From the NCBI GenBank assembly GCA_000004985.1, contig GG738852.1: a stretch of DNA of 64,000 nucleotides, one strand, 5' to 3'. The translations under genes and the position numbers were made by a program. Shown in pieces: positions 12,102 through 18,727 of this stretch; position 1 is the first letter of the stretch, and each line of letters starts with the position of its first letter. The notes under the pieces were generated by a model, which was not told the origin of the DNA, made no database searches, and saw only the letters and a program-made list of their open reading frames with translations. The DNA comes from Naegleria gruberi. Its lineage: Eukaryota.

Positions 12102-13832
12102 TTAATTATATTTTGTTCCTTTGAACTCTTCTTCATTTTGAGTGCTACTTTGAATATTTCCATACTTTCTCTCATAAACTCTAAAGACTGCAACAATAGG
12201 AACAATGTAAATTGTTCTCATCAAGAAGAAGAGATAAACCAAAAGGTAACCAGCTGTAATTCCACCTCTTACACCAAGATCACTAATGTCAAGAATTTTG
12301 AGGGTAGCACTCCAAAGAATGAAAACAACTGGAGCCATAATAACAACAAGCAATACCTTAACCCAGAATAATTTTGGTCTAAAGTTGGCAACCTTTGCAA
12401 GTGGATGTTCTTCACCTGATTTGGAGATGAATGGCTTTTGTTCTTTCTTAGTCTTTTTCTTGGCATCTTGGCTTTCCAAATCGACAGCATCATCGTCACT
12501 TTCTTCATCACTAACCATTTCTACTGAATTAGTGGAAGCTTGTTGCTTATTACTCAAGTCAAGAGTTATTTCAGCAATAATAAACTTGTAGAAGAATAAA
12601 AGTACAACTGAAACAGTTGATGTCACCCAAGCATAACAAATAGTCCATCTGAGGAGAATGTCCCATTCATTTGATTGAATGGCATTGAAGAATAAAACTG
12701 AAATAAATGAAGTTAATGCCATCAAAATACAAGATATATATCCGATTCCTCTAATCTTTGAAGAAGTATTCATATTTGAGAAAAAAACTCTTCTCAAAAA
12801 GTTTCCACAAAAACCACAAGTGAAATCGTAAAGAGCAGACTTGTTGAAAAAGCTTTGTCTTCCAATAAAGTTGAAACATAGAGCAGCAACAATAATTGGC
12901 AAGATCAAGAGGAAGAATGGTGTAAAGTCAGGTGTGATTGATTGAACTGGCAATCTATTAAAGTAAGAAACCCATTCTTGACTCAAACCAAGGAATGGAT
13001 AAGAGTACCAATCCCAAGGTTTGACATACAAGTTATAGTTAATGATTCTCATACCTTGATTAACCATGTAATCCCAACTTGGCCTGTATGTATAATAAAG
13101 AGGTTCAAATCCATTCCAGTGAACTGGTAATCTAACAAGACCATCTGCCTTGGTATTACCCTCTTCAAGCATTGTATCATCAGCATATTCCGCAATTCTC
13201 CAATTATAATAAGTATTCAAGAAAGCTTGAGCGTTTCTATCGTAGGCCTTCTTGAGAACCTCTTCTTCTCTAGCAATCATATCATCAAAAGTAGCAATAC
13301 TTGGTTTAATAGCCATAAAGAAGGTATCCAAGTCATCAGGAATGGTCATTGAATTTGTTCCGCAAACCTTTCCTTTACACTTGAATAAACTATCAATATT
13401 ACGTTTAACTAGAACGTCTGTACTCAAGAAGATGACATTGTTAAAGCCATACTTTTCCAAATACCACAAAAAGATGTATGGGTAAATTTGTCCCTTTGAT
13501 GAAGGAATTTCATGAATAATAGTAATCTTGTCCTCCTTAAGAACTTTCTTACTTCTCTCGCTAACTCTATCTGTTACGATTGCAACAAATGGATGGGTTG
13601 ATTTAGTCTCTCGTACGCTTTTATGAATAACACGTACAGCAGCTAAATGTGAATCATCATCAAGTATTGTTACAAAGGCTTCTGATGATTTTTCTGTTGG
13701 TAAATTATCAATTGGATAAAGTAAACTAGATTGAGTATTTGCTCTCACAAATCCCGAATTTAAAACTACCACTACAAGAGCAAGACACAATAAAATTGTA
13801 TATAAAATCGATGAAGTTCTGGGTATTATCAT
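12102..13832 (-). CDS. GT8 (glycogenin-like) glycosyltransferase domain fused to a C-terminal multi-pass membrane region
   Basis: Single ORF with an N-terminal signal anchor. Collinear with glycogenin: EAFVTILDDDSHLAAV.., VIFLSTDVLVKRNIDSLF (versus FMDADTLVLANIDDLF), FFMAIKPSIATFDDMI, AQAFLNTYY. The C-terminal half has several hydrophobic helices (FFLLILPIIVAALCF, GYISCILMALTSFISVLFF, WVTSTVSVVLLFFYKFII, LLVVIMAPVVFILW, GYLLVYLFFLMRTIYIVPIV). Confidence 0.75.
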   Translation of the reverse strand: MIIPRTSSILYTILLCLALVVVVLNSGFVRANTQSSLLYPIDNLPTEKSSEAFVTILDDDSHLAAVRVIHKSVRETKSTHPFVAIVTDRVSERSKKVLKEDKITIIHEIPSSKGQIYPYIFLWYLEKYGFNNVIFLSTDVLVKRNIDSLFKCKGKVCGTNSMTIPDDLDTFFMAIKPSIATFDDMIAREEEVLKKAYDRNAQAFLNTYYNWRIAEYADDTMLEEGNTKADGLVRLPVHWNGFEPLYYTYRPSWDYMVNQGMRIINYNLYVKPWDWYSYPFLGLSQEWVSYFNRLPVQSITPDFTPFFLLILPIIVAALCFNFIGRQSFFNKSALYDFTCGFCGNFLRRVFFSNMNTSSKIRGIGYISCILMALTSFISVLFFNAIQSNEWDILLRWTICYAWVTSTVSVVLLFFYKFIIAEITLDLSNKQQASTNSVEMVSDEESDDDAVDLESQDAKKKTKKEQKPFISKSGEEHPLAKVANFRPKLFWVKVLLVVIMAPVVFILWSATLKILDISDLGVRGGITAGYLLVYLFFLMRTIYIVPIVAVFRVYERKYGNIQSSTQNEEEFKGTKYN

Positions 13833-14122
13833 TTTCCCACTATACTAATTAATAAAAAATTATTAATGGCCAAGTTGTTCGTATTGTTGTTGTTTTTAAA
13901 CGTTTCTCTCGTTTCCGTTGTTGTTATCTGTTAGCAATCGAACAAATTTTCCTTTACCAACTTGGCGCAATTTTTTTTTTAAAGTATTTTGGAACGTTGG
14001 CTTGCAAACGTTCATAATCCTAATCCAACTCAGCAAGTTGATGACGAATGGAAAAGTGCAACGTTCGAATTGGATATGGATTAATGAGCGAAGGAAATGT
14101 TTAAAAACTATGGGCTGTATGG

Positions 14123-15298
14123 TCAATCACGATTATGGTGTGTTTTATGGTGTTGATGATGGTCAAGTACTTTTTCATTCATGGATTGGAAATTCATTTG
14201 GATGGAATGAAGGAGAGCTAGTTGTGCTCTTGTTCTGATGAGATTGTGTTGTGGATAGGTAGTTTTGTAATAGGTATCACCGTTGATGTAATCTGTTAGA
14301 AATCTCAATGCCTGCTCAAAGGTAATATACTTGGCACTGAAAGCTAGATATTCAATTTCGATATCTGTGAGGAATTTGTAACCCTCAGAGAGATATCCAT
14401 TGGTAAAGCTTTCGAATATGTCCATTTTGAGATGAATGTTTTGAGTATTTGGATCATCTTCTGTAGATGTGTTACAATACGAACGAATGGCATCTCCAAA
14501 ATCATTCAATACTGTACTGCACATTACAGTGTCAAGGTCAATTAAGCAACATGCCTTATTGGTCTCAGTATCGAATAAAATATTACTTAATTTCGTATCG
14601 TTATGAGTAATTCTCAGTGGAATTTTGTTACTTTCTACCAATTCCCAAAAATCAATCATTTCCTTTCTATAATTTTCCACAATTCCAATTTCATCTTTCA
14701 CTTCCTCCAATCTGTTAACAATATTCCTTTCAATGGCTTGATCAAATTGTTCAAATCTGAATTTAATATTGTGAAATCCAGGTAACACATCCTTAATAAT
14801 GCATTCTCTATTTTCATAGGTGATATTTCCATGGCTCTCAGAAACCAAATCAGAAAGCATATTCTGGAATTTTCCAATCATTTTACCTCCTTCAAACGCC
14901 AACTCTTCCGAATCAGCCTTTTCATGAGTAGTGGTATTTTCTATAAACTTAAACATGGTCCAATATTGAGAGTTTTCCGAATCTTGATTCTCAATCAATT
15001 TGTAAAATAATTTTCCATCATTGATGGTAGGAACAATAGAAAGAGTCTCCCTATCCGGATTTCCTCCCAATTTTGCAATTTTCCCTCTCAAATGTTCAAT
15101 CACGAGGGAAATATTATTCATCATGAGTTGAATGTTTTTAAATATTTTGTGATTCTTTCGTTGGAGAATGTATTTATTGTTCGGAGAGGGAATGTTAAGT
15201 TCTACCAGATAGGTATCATTGATGAGTCCACTCGGAATTGGTTCGATATTTATATTTCCAAGATTTGGACCTAAAAATTGGCTTACGATTTCATTCAT
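14123..15298 (-). CDS. APH-fold phosphotransferase, N-acetylhexosamine 1-kinase (NahK)-like, bacterial-type
   Basis: Single intronless ORF with an A/T-run before the ATG. Motifs IPSGLINDTYLV, ILQRKNHKIF, ITHNDTKLSNILFD (catalytic HxD....N), CLIDLDTVM, FGDAIRSY and RFLTDYINGDTYYK match, as I recall it, the bacterial NahK/LnpB-type kinase family. Confidence 0.7.
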   Translation of the reverse strand: MNEIVSQFLGPNLGNINIEPIPSGLINDTYLVELNIPSPNNKYILQRKNHKIFKNIQLMMNNISLVIEHLRGKIAKLGGNPDRETLSIVPTINDGKLFYKLIENQDSENSQYWTMFKFIENTTTHEKADSEELAFEGGKMIGKFQNMLSDLVSESHGNITYENRECIIKDVLPGFHNIKFRFEQFDQAIERNIVNRLEEVKDEIGIVENYRKEMIDFWELVESNKIPLRITHNDTKLSNILFDTETNKACCLIDLDTVMCSTVLNDFGDAIRSYCNTSTEDDPNTQNIHLKMDIFESFTNGYLSEGYKFLTDIEIEYLAFSAKYITFEQALRFLTDYINGDTYYKTTYPQHNLIRTRAQLALLHSIQMNFQSMNEKVLDHHQHHKTHHNRD

Positions 15299-15340
15299 TT
15301 TTTTTTGTTGAAATACTTTACAATGACTATTATTTAATAA

Positions 15341-16516
15341 TTATTCTTGATCATCTTCTGCTTGATAATTTTCATCATTAGCATCTTCCTCTTCGTAATA
15401 TTCATCATCTTCATCAATATCTTCCTCATAATCCTCATCATCATCTTCCTCATCTTCTTCCTCATCATCGTCATCATCCATGTAAAGTGAAATTGGTCTT
15501 CTAATTCCAATGAGAACTGTTTTCATTTGAGTGACAAAGGCAACATTATTGGCCTCATCTCCCTCAATGCAGAATGCAAGTGTGAAATCATCCGTCTTGT
15601 CTGAGATAAATTGATTCGTTTCAAAGGTATTTCTTTGTAAAATCAAATTGATAGAGTGTTTCTTTTCCTGCTCTGAAACATATTCCTGTAATTTGCTGAC
15701 ATAGAGACAAATTTCAATTATCTTTTCTTTGAGTTCCTTTTTAATGTTTGCATGATTGGCTTCAATACTGTCCATGAAACTTAAATATGATCTCGATGTC
15801 AAGTACCAAATCATTTTTGGAGTTGAAGTTGTAACATCATGTTTCGAATAGGAAGCACTCATACCAAGATTTGGAATATTTTGCTTTGGAATAATTGAAA
15901 AACTCAATGTAAATGTTGAGCTTTGTCCCATTCCCAAATCTTTTGTAACTTGTTGACCTTTAAATGTTGAGAGAAATCTGTTTTGAAACCAATTCACATG
16001 TTTGACTTGTTCCAAAGGATAATACCTCGATGCCAATTCAAATGCCTTGCTCACTCTCATCATTTGAATGATTTCTCTCAATGTAAGAAATGGAAATATG
16101 TGATTATTAATAATTTTGAATGGAATTTGCTTTTTACAAATAGAATACTTTAACTTTTCAAGATCGGACCTGAAAGATTCATGATTTTGTGTTTTCTTTC
16201 TTTCCTTGATGAGTGATGATCTCATCTGACGAGCAAATTCTTCAATTTTTCCAATATTTAATTTTCTGTCTTCTGATGATGAGGTTTCGTCTGTTGGATT
16301 TTCGTTTTCTTGTTGAGGAGGATTGGCTGCCTCTTCATTATCGTCATCATTGGTTGATTCGTCATCTCGGGATTTAGTTTTCAACATGTCGTTGAATAGT
16401 TTCTCCTTCTCATGATATTCCTTTAGTCTTTGTTCAGTTTCTCCTAACAAATCACTATCGAATAAATTTTCAAAATTACCCAGAAGAGAAAGGTTCTTAA
16501 ATTGTTGTGGAAGCAT
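15341..16516 (-). CDS. Hypothetical protein with an F-box-like segment and an extremely acidic C-terminal tail
   Basis: Single ORF with a genuine ATG after an A-run. Internal motif IINNHIFPFLTLREIIQMMRVSKAF. The C-terminus DDDDDEEEDEEDDDEDYEEDIDEDDEYYEEED is low complexity. Confidence 0.55.
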   Translation of the reverse strand: MLPQQFKNLSLLGNFENLFDSDLLGETEQRLKEYHEKEKLFNDMLKTKSRDDESTNDDDNEEAANPPQQENENPTDETSSSEDRKLNIGKIEEFARQMRSSLIKERKKTQNHESFRSDLEKLKYSICKKQIPFKIINNHIFPFLTLREIIQMMRVSKAFELASRYYPLEQVKHVNWFQNRFLSTFKGQQVTKDLGMGQSSTFTLSFSIIPKQNIPNLGMSASYSKHDVTTSTPKMIWYLTSRSYLSFMDSIEANHANIKKELKEKIIEICLYVSKLQEYVSEQEKKHSINLILQRNTFETNQFISDKTDDFTLAFCIEGDEANNVAFVTQMKTVLIGIRRPISLYMDDDDDEEEDEEDDDEDYEEDIDEDDEYYEEEDANDENYQAEDDQE

Positions 16517-16677
16517 TTTTTTGTAATTGGTTAATTGGTTTTTGATGTGAAATATCCAGTTAGTTTATTATTGAAATAGAGCTTCATTTTGAGTTAATTG
16601 CTTTCACATCAAATGTTTAGTCTTCAAATGCCTCAATTTTGTTGATGTCTTAAATTTCTTAATATATCATCTTGTTA

Positions 16678-18483
16678 TTAGTAATCATTCCATAATCCAA
16701 TATCCAATTTTTTCTCATTAAGTTCAAATCTTGCACTGTTGTGTCCACAAAGACATTTGCAAATATCATTGAAACAGAATGATTGAATTCCATCAAACAT
16801 ATCTCTTGGAATGATTGGGGAATGATTGGCAATTCCTAGTAAATTTGGAATATCAAAATGCTTTGGAATATTGATATTTAGTGGAGAATCTCTTTCAAGG
16901 TATAAACTAATAATTTGAAGAGCTGTTTCTTTTGTAATTGGTAATTTTCCTGTTTTGAATAGCTCAATATCATACCAAGCTAACATTTGCTCTGGATGGT
17001 AACCTCTTCTTGCAATATCCAAAATTTCTGCATACGCATCTCCTTCTTTTAGTTTGATTGCAACCTCCATTGAAATTTCTTCGCTATTCTTTGAGTCATA
17101 TCTCACAGAATACAAGACAGGAAGGAATATTGTAACAAATTGTTCAATGGTACAATAGAATAACATGCAAGTACCAAAAGGAAAGAAATAGTCAACCAAT
17201 TGGACTATAATATCAATTTGACTAGTAATAATATAAATAAGACAAAAGATGAGTTGGACAACCACTACAGCTAGAGTTTCTTTCTTAATATACCAAATAT
17301 CCTTATCAGTCCTAATAGAAAGAATGACAAATATTGTCTCAATAATTATATAAATAACGGCCTCACATGTAACCAAAATAGAGGTATTCTTCTCCACAGA
17401 ACATCCTCTATCAAATAAAAAGGTTCCTCCATCTACAAAGAAAAGTTTTGTTTCCACAAGCTCATCCGAAACTCCAACTGAGACCCAAAGAGCTACATGT
17501 ATAAAAACAATCAAAATAAGTGCCGGTATTAAGAATTTTGAGCTCAAAAGAAATGAGTAAATTTTGATAAACCTCTTCTTGCGTTCAATGTCCCTGTTTG
17601 ATATTGCAGATGCATTTGTTGTTTTGTTTTCCGAATAAATACTTTGATCATGCATTTCATGTTCATTGCCTAATTCTTTCTGCAATGTAAACAGTTCAAT
17701 TTTTTTCTTACAGAGCTTAAATTTAAAGAAGAGTCTAAAGCATTTGTAAATGGTAGGAAGAAAAATACTTGCAGGAAATAAAAAGTAAATGCTCGAGTAC
17801 AAAATGCATGGAAATGCAGATCTCCCAACTATGAATCTAATACTAAGAATTGATTCAAATATCACATTTCCAGTTAGTGAAAATAATAGAGACAATGGAT
17901 GCCTCTCCTTAATGTGCCTACTCTTCCATTTCCACACTAGGCCAATAAAAGTCAAGAATGTTATCAGTAAATAGATCAAGTAAAATATTGCAGATAGAAT
18001 TGGTGTGAAAATAGTGTCAGGACACAGCCCATAAATCTCTGTAGGCCTCTCCTCTCTCGAATAGCCTCCATTAAACAGAAAAGGATCGCAACTCGTCGCT
18101 ACAGATGCATTATAATTTGGAGTTGTTGAGAGTATGGTATGAAATATTTGGTCCATGTATTCCTTAACTACATGGTCATGCAAGCCTAGATGTTGTGCTA
18201 TTGATTGCACAAACGTATTTTCATTTACAGACGATGATGAAGATGTCAATTCCAAATCATGTTCCGAACAAGTCACAACATTTATCAAAGTACTCATCAA
18301 GGCCACCATTATCAATGTATTTAGAAAAAGCCAGTTAGTTTGTTTCATCTTTTTAAAGCCAAAGTTTATGTTATATTGATGTTGCTGTTGATGTTGTTCT
18401 TCTTTTCGTTGGTGAGTTGATGAAATTGCTTTTGATGTCATTGTGCGTTCATTCTTTTTTTTATGGGATTCAAAAATGTTCAT
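16678..18483 (-). CDS. Seven-transmembrane protein with a C-terminal RGS domain (7TM-RGS)
   Basis: Single ORF. An N-terminal hydrophobic signal-like segment is followed by about seven predicted TM helices (ILSAIFYLIYLLITFLTFIGLVW ... FGTCMLFYCTIEQFVTIFLPVLY). The C-terminal ~130 aa fit the RGS pattern (MLAWYDIELFK....ALQIISLYLERDSPLNINIP....MFDGIQSFCFNDI). Confidence 0.7.
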   Translation of the reverse strand: MNIFESHKKKNERTMTSKAISSTHQRKEEQHQQQHQYNINFGFKKMKQTNWLFLNTLIMVALMSTLINVVTCSEHDLELTSSSSSVNENTFVQSIAQHLGLHDHVVKEYMDQIFHTILSTTPNYNASVATSCDPFLFNGGYSREERPTEIYGLCPDTIFTPILSAIFYLIYLLITFLTFIGLVWKWKSRHIKERHPLSLLFSLTGNVIFESILSIRFIVGRSAFPCILYSSIYFLFPASIFLPTIYKCFRLFFKFKLCKKKIELFTLQKELGNEHEMHDQSIYSENKTTNASAISNRDIERKKRFIKIYSFLLSSKFLIPALILIVFIHVALWVSVGVSDELVETKLFFVDGGTFLFDRGCSVEKNTSILVTCEAVIYIIIETIFVILSIRTDKDIWYIKKETLAVVVVQLIFCLIYIITSQIDIIVQLVDYFFPFGTCMLFYCTIEQFVTIFLPVLYSVRYDSKNSEEISMEVAIKLKEGDAYAEILDIARRGYHPEQMLAWYDIELFKTGKLPITKETALQIISLYLERDSPLNINIPKHFDIPNLLGIANHSPIIPRDMFDGIQSFCFNDICKCLCGHNSARFELNEKKLDIGLWNDY

Positions 18484-18727
18484 AACAATTTACTAATAAA
18501 TAAACTGAAGCACCGTATTGTGGATTTCTTAAATAGTCCTTCAGTGATGAAAATGGTAAAATGAACGATTTTCTTGTTACTTTGTGTTGGCATTTATAAC
18601 ACACTAGTTGAGAAAGTAAACAAGTGATTAAAAATCATTTCAACAATATTGCCAGTTCTCAGCCCGTAAAGAGTTACCTTAATGGAACAGTTTACAAGCA
18701 ACTCAGTAATTGTTTGCGTAAACAACT

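Noticed and set aside
12138-13485. Several 60-100-aa plus-strand ORFs antisense to the GT8 gene, and similar antisense ORFs inside UBR1, PTEN-TPR, NahK, RGS, COX10, POLE2 and the DEP gene
   Set aside because: All lie wholly inside long, domain-supported ORFs on the other strand. They are low complexity or lack start context, which is typical antisense noise in AT-rich coding DNA.
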